A DNA stretch of 63,900 nucleotides, filler included, from Octopus bimaculoides (GCF_001194135.2; 7 parts of 6 records of this genome joined end to end with filler, not necessarily neighbours in it); one strand, 5' to 3'. Positions 14,731 through 26,799 are shown, numbered from the whole stretch's first letter. Numbers and translations are program-made. The notes: generated from the sequence alone by a model not told the origin.

Positions 14731-14892
14731 AGACCATCTGCGGGCACTTACGATTGAGGCCCTGAAGCGACGACAGGTGACTGCAAATGACACTATTTGG
14801 ATTGTTGTAGATATCTGGAATCTGATGTTCTTATAACAGCTGATGTGAACAAAAATCTCACAATAAAGACAAATGTTACAGAAGAACACAAC
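14731..14892 (+). pseudogene. Frameshifted exon of the class C GPCR-like locus
   Basis: Acceptor ttttgttttcgtgttag| and donor CAAC|gtacgt. DHLRALTIEALKRRQVTANDTIWIVVDIW, then a 1-nt shift near 14818 into ESDVLITADVNKNLTIK. Confidence 0.55.
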
Positions 14893-14929
14893 GTACGTGT
14901 AAACAAGACTGACCTTTGTGAACAGATTG

Positions 14930-15011
<82 letters not shown>

Positions 15012-15534
15012 GGAAGAGAGAGAGAGAGAGAGAGAATGCTAAACTGATCTCTTCGGCAAAATCTGTTATTGATACTACTCTGGCAATCTTGTAAAGCTTG
15101 TCACTTTGGGAACCATTTCATAGTAGCAGAATTGAAAGACTTTCTAGTTGATATTCTTCTCAAATTCTGAAGTGACTTTGCTTGTAAAAAGACAGATACC
15201 TTTATCGTATATACTGTATAGTGTACATGTGGTTACATATGAAAATAGAAACAATGCACGTCAAAGGAATTTTGTTTACTTCATTCTTGGAGAGATTTGT
15301 CTCCAGGAAGCGAAAGGAATAGAATAACAGTATCAGCATGAATATTGAAGAATTGACCCTGGTGTCATACATGCAGCATCTCTTTACATAATGACTGCTG
15401 ACAAATATAAGACCCTACCGACAAATGACCTATACGTTTGGGCAAATTAGATTGTTTTGCTTTCATCATTTGATAGCTGAAACATGCTGTAAAGGCAAAG
15501 ATGGTAAAATAGGTTTTATGACCACAGATGTAAG

Positions 15535-15790
15535 GGTACATGGCATAGTCGTTGGGGCATTGCACTTATGATCATGGTTTCAATTCCTGGACAGGGTGGT
15601 GCGCTGTGTTCTTGGGAAAAACGCTTCATCTCACTTTGCTCTGCGATCACTTCGATACCTGACAAATGATACACCATGCACCTCTTCAAACAGTATCGAT
15701 TTGATGGAGAGAGTGAGAATGTACAGCACAAACATTTGATCACTATAAACAAGTTATTTGTGCAGGTCGTTCAGCAAGAAATTGCAGAAC
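15535..15790 (+). mobile_element. Decayed SINE (related copy at ~52585-52760)
   Basis: A/B-box-like head (tggcatagtcg..ggtttcaattcc) followed by the shared body tgctctg.gat.acttcga. Confidence 0.55.
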
Positions 15791-17356
15791 CATCTTTCTT
15801 AGACTGGGAGAGAGTATCTACATTATGATCACCGATAAGTATTTCAGTGAGTTTGAACGGTGAATCATTTTTGTTCTCAAACACTTAGACACCATGGAGG
15901 TGACATGGAGTAACACATAAAATCAGAAATAATAGCTCAGAGATAACCTGGATAACACAGTTAATAATTTTGTTTATCAACTTCTTGTTAAATGTAAAGA
16001 ACATGAAAGGCCTGGTACATCTGTCAATGAACTAAAGTCATTTATCTGTAAGAAACCAAATGACCTGAAAAGCTTCATAAAGTAAGAGAACCAATACCAG
16101 TGAATCACTTGTAAAGGCCCCAGCTGACATCTGAATCACGTTATTAACGTGATTCAGACTTTTCTTGGAAGAAGAAGTAGTTAAAACAAGTAATGAAATT
16201 GATTTGAGATATATTTCGTGAAATTTGCTTAATAATATAAGTATGGTCTTGAAATCATACTTTTAAGATTTACTGATTATAAATATTACTTTTTCATAAA
16301 TTAATCTGGTAAATATTTTTAGATGAAGTCTTTACTGAAGACAAAACCCTAGATATGAGAAAGAAAAAAGAAAGACATTTCTAAAAATTAACTCTTACCA
16401 CATCGGTTAAAGTATAGTGCATAGAAAATGTGCTGACAGTACTTTTTGTGGAGCCCGGAACAAACAGTTTGTCATTTATTGTGGAAATAGGTAAAATAGA
16501 ACACAAAACCTCACGATAGAAAATAGATCTCATATGAAAACAATACTAATTTTGACCTTCAAATAGCTCCTTCCTAATATAAACAAATCATTAAAATTTT
16601 TGCTAAAACCATCTCATTAGAATATTTCAGAAGGCTCCTTAGATGTTTTCTCAGCTTGTATTTGAAGCAAAGTACTTATTGCGAGAATGTTTGTCCACCC
16701 GTATATTTGCCTTTCGAATTACAAACTGCTCTAGATTGGTTTCAAGACATTTTATGACGTTTGTAATACTTTATAGAAAATAAAGCGGAGACTTCGCCAA
16801 GAAAAGATAGGGCAGCCCTGCTTTACAGCTTTCGTCGTTGGCCCATTTGCTTGTACCGACGTACATTTGATATTCTATCGAGTGATATATTAAGTTGTAT
16901 TGAATTATATCACAACATACAGTAGAGCAGAATTAAATCCCACTCGAATATAGTATACCAGAAAGCTGTACTAATAGATGCGATCTATACTACTCAAATA
17001 CTATAATGTAAGAGAGCCACCCCATCTTTCTACAAAGGAGATAGTCAACAATAATGCAACAACGAAATTACCGTGTGAACTGGAATAACCTAACTTTGCA
17101 GATGGAACTCAGTGAACAATGCAACATTATATAATACTTTCAATCAATAAAATCATTATCTCAACTTACGAATGACTTGAGAATTTATTATAGCTTATAA
17201 TATCCACAAGTCATTATACTGGCGGAAATGTACATACAATGTATGCATGCATGCGTACATACATACATGCTGGTATATATGAATACACACATACGCATAC
17301 ATATAGCAATATTTATATATTTATACATAGCGTACATATGTACATTTATACGTATC

Positions 17357-17414
<58 letters not shown>

Positions 17415-17514
17415 NNNNNNNNNNNNNNNNNNNNNNNNNNNNNNNNNNNNNNNNNNNNTTAATTAATTAANNNNNNNNNNNNNNNNNNNNNNNNNNNNNN
17501 NNNNNNNNNNNNNN
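17415..17514. other. Artificial scaffold spacer 44N-TTAATTAATTAA-44N (also 26504-26603, 42209-42308, 55364-55463, 58068-58167, 62241-62340)
   Basis: Identical 100-bp structure six times. The palindromic 12-mer gives stops in all six frames. Confidence 0.97.
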
Positions 17515-19053
17515 AGTCTCAATCTTTCTATCTAGTAAAAGATATCTCTGTAAAATATTTCCACATGATTTTATAAACTATTCTGTCATCATCATCATCA
17601 TTTAACATCTGTTTTCCATGTTGGCATGGGTGAGTAAGTTACTTTGACTGATCTCCCCATTTCAGATATGCTCTCCTAGCATGGATCTTTGCATGACCCT
17701 TTGTTGTCTCATAGTTAATTGATATTCTTCCCTCTCCATCGTAGTTCATGTCTCACTTGCATATAAGTGTGCAGCTAGGACATTGCTATTGAAGAGACTG
17801 GCTTGTAGAGGTTTGTCCAGTTTTGTTATCAAGGTAAATACCTTCCATCCTACCTTCATACTCCTTGACATTTCAACATTCATGTCTATGGCACATTTCT
17901 GTTGTATACGCCAACTAGATCTACTCCTTTAGCTCCTCAATTTTTCTGCTTCCCACTTCTATTCAGCATTGTCCTTCATTTTCAGACTGCATGGATTTTG
18001 TTTTCATGGAGTTCATTTTCAGATTGGGTTTTTTTCATATTTTCATGTAGTTCATTTTTTAAAAAATAAAAAAACTATATAAGAGTTTATTTCAATATTT
18101 ATAGACAATATAATGAAATAAAAGGTGAATAGACATACAAACATATATACTATCTGAATTTGTCTTTAATTTATTGAGATCTCTGCTAAAACATATCTTG
18201 CAAAAAAAATGCATCTTTATTGTATTTGCAAGATATTTATTTCCATTATAAAAATATAAAGATATATTATCTTCTGAAGGATATATCAACTTCTCTAGTG
18301 CTTGTGCCATGACAAAATGTACCCAGCACTCTCTGTAAGTAAACCATAAGCTTTATTTATGTTATTTACATTTGACAGATATTTGTCCTCATCTTGTTTC
18401 TGGTTAACACAACGTTTCGGCTGGTATACCCTCCAGCTTTCATCAGGTGTCTTGGGGAAAGAAGGCTGGAGAGTATATCAGCCAAAACATTGTGTTAACA
18501 ACAAAGATGAGGACAAATATCCGTCAAATGTAAATAATGTACATAATTCCTCATCTCTTAAATATAGAACTGTATAAACCATAAGCTGTTAAGAATATAG
18601 ATTTAGAAACCATGGCAAGTGAAGTGTGTTCCCCTGCCTACGTGGAGGAAGGTAGCCACTCCAACTGGTTCCATTAACTTCCTTAGAAAAATACTTGACT
18701 GAACTCTATCAATATATATTTTTAGTTCAACATTGAACTTCTAGCAGTTCTATATTGAAACTATCATGGAATGTCAAGTACTTTGGTCTTTACTGTTCCC
18801 TGGTTTTTCTTTCCTGTCATCCATTTGGCCACCACATCACACCCAAGATGTAACTGTCATCAGAAGAGAAAAGTTGACACATTATAAATAGTTCTGATGA
18901 GTCTAATAGTATATATTTGAAGATGAAAATAATATTTACAAAGTAGTTTTTGCTTTTATGTCATATTTTGTTTTAATTCTACGTAAGCTTTAAATATTTT
19001 TGTTATCTTTTGTAGCAATTTCTCCTGTTAAAGTGTGATGAAGAATTCCAGAC

Positions 19054-20315
19054 ATGACACCATATATTGGTCTACTGTGTCTTCTACATTTACTGATCAC
19101 CCTTGTACTGTCCATAGATATTACATACCATGTCAAGGAAGAAGACAGTCCTCACACCTATATAGGAGACATTGCTGTTGACTCCAACTTATCACACCCT
19201 CTCACACATCAACAACACACTCTCATTACATTTACACAACTACAAAGGACAGTCGAGAGTGGTTCTCACTTATTTAATGTCACCAACTCAGGAAAACTAT
19301 ACACTACTCAAACACTGGATGCTGAGTCTCTGTGTACATACAACAAGGAATGTTCCAGAATAGTTAAAGTAGCAGTGAGGAAAGGAAAGACATTTATGAA
19401 AATATTAAAACTAAAAATATTAATAGAGGATGTCAATGATCATTCACCAGAATTTCCACAAAATGAAGTTGAAATTGAATTTCTAGAAAGAGACACTACA
19501 GGGACAAGAATCTCTCTCCTAAATGCCATTGATGAAGATATTTCAATAAAAAATTCTCAAATTACATATAGAATTAAGAATAGTAAGAGAGAGCCATTTT
19601 CACTCTCTGTTACAAAACACAAGGGCATTTTCATACCTGAATTAATTCTAGAAGATAGATTAGACAGGGAACTCAAAGATTCATATATGTTGACCTTGGA
19701 AGCTAAAGATGGAGGGAACCCTCCCAAAACAGCTACACTCAAGGTACACATATCTGTAACAGATGTCAATGATAACACACCTGTATTTTCACAAGAAGTG
19801 TACAACATCTCTATAACTAACTCACATCAAAGACATTTACCAATTCTTACTTTAAAAGCCACAGATCAAGATTCTGGAGACAATGGAAAGATTTCTTATC
19901 ATTTCAACCATAAAACATCTCGAAAAATCCAGAAGTATTTTGTATTAGATAAGAAAACTGGAGATTTATTTTTACATGATAATTTTCAGTTTCCTAAGAT
20001 GGAGTCTTATAAATTATTTGTAGAAGGAAGAGACGGAGGAAAGCCTCCCAAAAAATCTGTTGCAGCAGTTCAAATTCACATGATTAATAATGAGAATACT
20101 GCTCCATTAATAAATATAGATTTTGTATCTCCTTTAACAGAGANNNNNNNNNNNNNNNNNNNNNNNNNNNNNNNNNNNNNNNNNNNNNNNNNNNNNNNNN
20201 NNNNNNNNNNNNNNNNNNNNNNNNNNNNNNNNNNNNNNNNNNNCTGGAGATGGAACAGACACCAGATGAGTGGAAATTCTCAACAACACAAAGAAGACTT
20301 CCACCTGTTCCTCAG
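19054..20315 (+). CDS. Protocadherin 1, large ectodomain exon (signal peptide, EC1-EC3, start of EC4; 100-N gap at 20144-20243; resumes in cytoplasmic region)
   Basis: Signal peptide MTPYIGLLCLLHLLITLVLS. EC1 DITYHVKEE..YIGDI, LDAESLC and Cys-X5-Cys (CTYNKEC). Cadherin motifs DVNDHSP, AIDED, LDRE, DGGNPP, DVNDNTP, ATDQD. Acceptor ttttgtag| at 19015. After the gap, the frame starting at 20244 reads LEMEQTPDEWKFSTTQRRLPPVPQ and ends at donor CAG|gtaaat (20315/20316); the ORF track picks the wrong frame there. Confidence 0.95.
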
Positions 20316-20598
20316 GTAAATATTATTTTGGATAATAGATGTTTTTGTTTTATTTTTTATTATAAAAGTATTTTATCCATTATTGACATATGTTCAAGCA
20401 GTCCCTAATGTGTACAAAATGGTTTATGTCTTTAGTTATTATTTTTTGTATAGCTTTTGCTGTTCGAATTGATTATTTTTTATAACGTTAGAGATATAAA
20501 AACAGTTACAGCATTCAATATAGAAATACAATGCACTTTATATAAAGTATTTATATAAAGAGTTTTATTAGGAGTGATTCCTTTTTTCTAATCAACAG

Positions 20599-20737
20599 AG
20601 ATGTGATTCAATCCATAGTCAAGAACGTCGCACCAGTTGCAACTACAACAGTGACACCTTAACATCCCAAAAGGACAGAGAAGCTAGCAAGAGTAATGGC
20701 AAGACTAAACCATATGATGAGACACCTGCAGAACCAG
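20599..20737 (+). CDS. Protocadherin 1 cytoplasmic exon 2 (predicted)
   Basis: Acceptor ttttttctaatcaacag| and donor CAG|gtaact. 139 bp, phase 0 to 1, open: RCDSIHSQERRTSCNYNSDTLTSQKDREASKSNGKTKPYDETPAEP. Phase matches both neighbouring exons. Confidence 0.75.
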
Positions 20738-20901
20738 GTAACTTTTATCAAAACATAACATATAAATGTAATTACCTTTATTACTGTAGGACAATATATA
20801 ATGTTATGCTGTGTGTAATATAAGATCAATGTTTCTATCTTTATATATTGGAGTTGTTATATTGAAATGTAATTTGTGTTTGTATATTTGATATTTTGCA
20901 G

Positions 20902-20981
20902 AATATACCAATGACAATCCAGTTGCAGCCACAATACTAAAGGGACAACAAATACAAGATACCTATCTACAGCCAACATAG
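20902..20981 (+). CDS. Protocadherin 1 terminal coding exon (predicted)
   Basis: Acceptor atattttgcag|. Phase 1 continuation (E)YTNDNPVAATILKGQQIQDTYLQPT, TAG at 20979-20981. Confidence 0.7.
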
Positions 20982-21899
20982 TAGATGTTCCATGACTATT
21001 GTTAAATGATTCTCTCACACACCAAATCTTATACAATACTTTATATTCATATAAAAAATATCAACTCTATGTTTCTTTCACACGTTACACACATTGAGAG
21101 CCTTACAGTGGTATCTACTATCATCCCTTTATCGCATCTCGGTTACATTAAATATTACAACCCTACATTACCATAGCTAATTAATATCAAACATTTATTT
21201 TACTGTCAGTTTTAGTATAGACATTTCACTAAACTTAGATAAATTAACCTGATTTAACCTAAAATGTTTAGTTATAGTATCTTTTAGTTTGATACTAATT
21301 CTACTATTAATTAGTATCATACTAAATTCTGCCATTATTTTACTTTTATTTAGCATATTCTTCTTTTGGTTTTTTCTCTTTTTCTTTTATATTCACTGTA
21401 TATTAAATTTTGAGATATAAACTAATCAATATCAGTACAGACAAATAACTGTTGATTCCCACACCTTCCAATATAGTATTGTCTCCTATATTGGTCACAT
21501 GCTAAAACTACCAACTCAGTTCTGAAGTTTGCTTTGATTTTGAAATTCAAAAGTTTCATATTTCATGAAGTATAAAGTATAAAATATCAGAAAATCATGT
21601 GTTTTTTTAATTTTTTTAGTCAGAAATATATTTGTTTCTCCTAATTTACTTCGTTTTCAGTTTATCCAATCATGCAAACTTCTTAAATAATGAAATCTTT
21701 GATGACTTCTTCTAAAATCATTTTGTTTCTGATAGGAATCCTGAAAATGTATTCTTATAGTGAAGTTAATAATAACGTATCAAATATCAAGAAATATTAT
21801 TATAAATCTTATATTTTAATACAAATTTCCTAACATTAAATATGAAAACTTAGTGTTTTTATTAGATAGAAAAAGTGAAGTTGCTTCTGTTTAACATGA

Positions 21900-22329
21900 A
21901 TTCTCTTATTTGACGTGTTTGTGTGACACAGACAACATTGCAGTCATTTCCTATTGGATGAGAGAGATTTTCTAGATTTCTTTCAATATTGAAAGTGAGG
22001 CTGATAGCTTTTTTCTTTGTTCATCATACACACAATTGTGTGTGTGTGTGTGGAGGACATAGAGTTGTAACTAGCACACACCAGCATCTGGCTAACATCT
22101 CACCTCCCACTACATACAGCAACTGTCACACTATTATATCAGCAGTTACACAGGAACACCACCACCACTACAACAACAGCAGCAGCAGCAGTAACACAGG
22201 AACACTACTACAACAGCAGTTGTACCACTATAATACCACTTCAGCAGCAGCAGCAGTTAGAGTGGAACACTACAGCAGGATACACATCATCCATCACACA
22301 CAACTACAGTGAAGGATTAAACAATGCAG
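21900..22329 (+). promoter_or_regulatory. Predicted promoter and 5' leader exon of protocadherin 2
   Basis: TGACGT at 21911 and inverted CCAAT (ATTGG) at 21953. About 360 bp with no ATG and CAG/CAA/CAC repeats, ending at consensus donor CAG|GTAAGT (22329/22330). Best partner acceptor is 25494. The TSS is not determinable. Confidence 0.5.
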
Positions 22330-22808
22330 GTAAGTCTCTCTCTCTTTCTCTTTATTATCTTTTCATATTCATTGTAACATTTATATTATATGTGTTTCTA
22401 ATGAAAGACAGGGTAAGGATAATATCTAAAATGTCTGCCATGTTGTATGTTTATACACAGGGACTGGGATAGTGGAGGATCGAGAGTTCTAACCATCACT
22501 GCCACCATTAATAGCAACAAGAACTGCAGTAGTCATTGTATTACAATTACTTCGTACTGGATTATGTCTTTTAATGTTGGAATCACACAAGAGATATTAG
22601 ACTATACATATATTTTATATATAATATTGGTCTAATATAGTCCAAACTAGGTGTATATATATTTATTCAACTGTCAGAAAACATTGATTGAACGCCAGTA
22701 AGACTGGGTGTTAATAATGTATGTCATTATAGTTTATAATAATTCACTTATTAAATCTTAATCTTTGTCTAGTTTGAATAATCTCTAACAGATCACTAAT
22801 ATTAATAT

Positions 22809-22856
<48 letters not shown>

Positions 22857-24924
22857 GTAGAGAGATATATAGATAGATACCCACCCTGTTAAATATCAAT
22901 TATACATTTCTCTGTATGCAAAAAGTGTATTTTGTTATTATTATTGTTGTTATTATTAAGATGTTGATTTATTTAGAATAGTAGAATTGTTATTTAAGAT
23001 ATTTGTTATGAGGTATAAACTGACAATATTGTCCTGTGTTGTTAAAATATATTAACTCTGACAACAATCAATGAATTTTGTAGATTTTTTGAGAATTGGT
23101 CAGAAATAATATCCTCTTTCTGCAAATTAACAGACATCACAAAATTATATTATGTGTAGCAGTATGATATAAAGCTTACAAAATATATCTAAATGGGGGT
23201 TAAATTATCATTATTACACTTAGTAAATAGATCTAAATATTTCAGGGTGATAATTATAGATAAATTTCTATGAACAACCTCTACTGAAATATTTTACAGT
23301 CCCTATTTTTGTACCTTTAAGATATATTGTGAAATATTCAGCATTATTTCATAAATTATTCTGTGTTATCTATACCTCTCTGTCAAATTTTAATAATCCT
23401 TTTTTTTTCAACAAATTAAATATTCCTTGAAGATATTGGATGAATAAGTCTTCTAGATATCCTCTATCAGGTTTGACAACGTCCTCTGATCCAATAACAT
23501 TCTATTTATTGCTTTCAGTATTCTCTAAATGTATTTGTAACACTTTTTAGGATTAGAAAAAAAAATTTTTTTTTTGGCCTAAAATGAAGCAGCTGACAGT
23601 GAGAGAAGTCAATCAGAGTTTGTCATGTTATATTTGTTGAAAAATGTATATTTGTATACATATAACAATTAAAAAATATATAGTTTTTGTTAAATTGGTT
23701 GATAATTCACTGAGATTTTCTGGCCTCCTTCATTAATGATAAGAGACGTTTTGTAATTCTCATTGATAAATTTTACATCTGGTTATCAAAGTTTTCATGG
23801 TTGTTTTCCCCCTCATTTCACTCTGCTGTAGAGATTGTTCTTGACTTTATGAGTTAATTTAATGCCAATTATCCTTTATTAATCAAGAACTTGTAAAGCA
23901 GTCTGTGATATTTTGTTTACTTTCCTTTCACATGCTGGAAAGAGAATGGCACATTGAACTGAAGCAAATATTATAGTCCTGAGAAGAGGAGTTTCATGGT
24001 GCCAACACTCTCTTATGTGATTGATTCTGTTTTAGCTTCAGCTGACAGACCTATTCCTTTGCTCTCACAGTATTTTAAGAGTAGCATGTATTGTCACCAG
24101 GGTTTCTTTCTCCACTTCAATTTTCAATTTATTTAGAACCATTTTGTATAAAACATTCATTACATCAAACCTTTATTTATTGCTCTTTGATGCCATTGTC
24201 ACATTGGAATTCTTTCCCTGATCTCCTTGTTTTTTTTTAATTATGAAAACAATAATGGTGAAAAGTTATTCATAAGTCATTTCCTCTATATGCAATGTCT
24301 TTGTCAAATAATGTGAATGCTCTTTTAGACTACGCTATGCTGATGATGTCTAAGAGACTGAAACATGGAAACAGTTGTCCCTTAATGCAAATATTATGCA
24401 TTCCTTCCCTTGAGCATGTAAATGAACATTGAGAGATGATTTCCGGATTTCTTGAAATGATCTCACTGGTTACATCCCAGTAACTTGACAGTTCAGCAAA
24501 AGAGAATGATAGAATTAGTACTAGACTTACAAAGAATCAGTTCTGGGGTTGGTTTGTTCCACTAAAGGCAGTGCTCTAGCATGGCCAGAGTCAAATGACT
24601 GAAACAAATGAAAGAATATATATGCATACACAGAAATACACGAGAGAGAACAAATGAAAGAAAAGAGCACTCAACACATTGAGTTGGAGTTACATGTCGA
24701 TGTGGTGTGTGTGTGTTGTCTTGTCTCATAAGATACTTGGTGACGTAGCTGGAGCTGGTGCAACATGAAAGGCAACCAGTACTCACTGTATAGTGTTTGG
24801 CAACAAGAAGGGTATCCAGCCATAGAAACAATACCAAGCGATTTGAGTTTAATTCCAAGATATTTAGTATCTCACTTTGGTATTCATCTTTTCTATATTA
24901 GTTTTTAATACATCAGTATGCATG

Positions 24925-25140
24925 ATGGTGGCAAGCTAGCAGATTCGTTGGCAACCTGGACAAAATACTTAGCTGCTTTTCATCTGTCATTACATTCTGT
25001 GTTCAAATACTGCCAAAGTCAGCTCTGCCGTTCATCCTTTCAGTAAAATAAGCACTAGTTGAAGACTGGGGCCAATGTAATAAACTTAACCCCACCCAGG
25101 ATGTTGCTGGCCTTGTGCCAAAATTTGGAACCGTTATTTC
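24925..25140 (+). mobile_element. SINE, third family
   Basis: Homologous to copies at ~2075-2240 and ~40022-40238 (shared gttcaaat..ataag.ac.ag..ggccttgtgc). Confidence 0.7.
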
Positions 25141-25532
25141 AGGATACATATATTTTTTTAAGAAATACATGAATCTGTTCAGAATTTATCGACATTAAAC
25201 CTGAAATGTTTAATTGCTAACTCTGAAAATAGACTGAATTTTCACGGAAAAGCACATTGAAAAATAACTTAAACAAGACGTTTCATATTTCTGATAAAGA
25301 TGGAAGATTTATTCGAGGGAGATAACTCTCGTTATATATTGTCTTAAAGATTGTCAGATCTCAGAAGACTGCACATTTGCAACTAATGGAACACGTTTAG
25401 AGATAGAAATAGAAGTTTCACGCTGATTATTATAAATAGAATTAAGTTTGTTAAATTATACATAAACTTTAAATGTGTTTCTGGTGTTTTGTAGAAATTT
25501 CTCCTGCTAAAGTGTGATGAAGAATTCCAGAC

Positions 25533-26503
25533 ATGACAGCATATATTGGTCTACTGTGTCTTCTACATTTACTGATCACCCTTGTACTGTCCATAGATAT
25601 TACATACCATGTCAAGGAAGAAGACAGTCCTCACACCTATATAGGAGACATTGCTGTTGACTCTAACTTATCACACCCTCTCACACATCAACAACACACT
25701 CTCATTACATTTACACAACTACAAAGGACAGTCGAGAGTGGTTCTCACTTATTTAATGTCACCAACTCAGGAAAACTATACACAACTCAAACACTGGATG
25801 CTGAGTCTCTGTGTACGTACAACNNNNNNNNNNTGCTGAGTCTCTGTGTACATACAACAAGGAATGTTACAGAATAGTTAAAGTAGCTGTGAGAAAGGGA
25901 CAAACGTTTATGAAAATCCTGAAAATAAAAATATTAATATATGACATCAATGACCATTCACCAGAATTTCCACAGAATGAAGTTAAAATTAAATTTTCTG
26001 AGACAGACAGTAAAGGAACTAGAATATCCCTTCTAAATGCAATAGATAAAGATATTTCAATAAAAAATTCTCAACTTACATATATAATTGAAATAAGAAA
26101 GAGTGAACCATTTTCTCTCTCTGTCACAAAACAGGATGGTATTTTCATACCTGAACTCATACTAGAAGAAACATTAGACAGAGAACTACAAGACTCATAT
26201 ATTTTGGCAGTTCAAGCTAAAGATGGAGGGAACCCTCCCAAAACAGCTACACTCAAGGTACACATATCTGTAACAGATGTCAATGATAACATACCTGTAT
26301 TTTCACAGAGACTCTACAACATCTCTATAAATAATTCACATCAAAGACATTTACCAATTCTTACTTTAAAAGCCACAGATCAAGATTCTGGAGACAATGG
26401 AAAGATTTCTTTTCATTTCAACCATAAAACATCTCAAAATATCCAGAAATATTTTGTATTAGATAAGAAAACTGGAGATTTATTTTTACATGATAATTTT
26501 CAG
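25533..26503 (+). CDS. Protocadherin 2, partial ectodomain exon (signal peptide, EC1-EC3), cut by a scaffold spacer
   Basis: Paralog of 19054. Acceptor ttttgtag| at 25494 is 38 nt before the ATG, as in copy 1. A 10-N gap at 25824-25833 has duplicated flanks (tgctgagtctctgtgtac[g/a]tacaac), so the frame break is an assembly overlap rather than a mutation. Confidence 0.93.
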
Positions 26504-26799
26504 NNNNNNNNNNNNNNNNNNNNNNNNNNNNNNNNNNNNNNNNNNNNTTAATTAATTAANNNNNNNNNNNNNNNNNNNNNNNNNNNNNNNNNNNNNNNNN
26601 NNNTATATATATGACGGGCTTCTTTGCAAAAGGCGCACGTCATTGCCATACCGGTACAAAATAGTGAAGATCCCTGTTATTAAGACTGAAAAGTCATATC
26701 TGCGCTGCTCTTCTTTAAGAGAATACTCAAGTTAATGATTTACTCAAAATCGAGATCCAGCCGTCATTTATGTATATATGTTTGTATGTATACATATCA

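Larger units (their letters stand above)
10725..17082 (+). pseudogene. Decayed intron-containing class C GPCR (mGluR-like Venus flytrap + 7TM) pseudogene
   Basis: Motifs in correct order, matched by eye: RYPKGIQMLE (10725; cf. GIQRLE), NLTTCS (~10840; cf. LDTCS), EYKISNNAVAETSPLILNTDALETFWRCV (11747), DHLRALTIEALKRRQVTANDTIWIVVDIW (14732), LTIK (~14860), SVIDTTLAI (15062; cf. FVIDAVYAM), CPPVYL (16692), FVILYRK (16760), YSRAELNPTRI (16918), REPP..LPC (17011-17076). Several stops and frameshifts. Confidence 0.55.

Noticed and set aside
17459-17470. Recurring TTAATTAATTAA palindrome as a biological motif or repeat array
   Set aside because: Always centred in exactly 44+44 Ns; it is a six-frame stop linker.
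25811-25833. Apparent frameshift making protocadherin 2 a pseudogene
   Set aside because: Caused by duplicated flanks across a 10-N gap; removing the overlap restores the frame.
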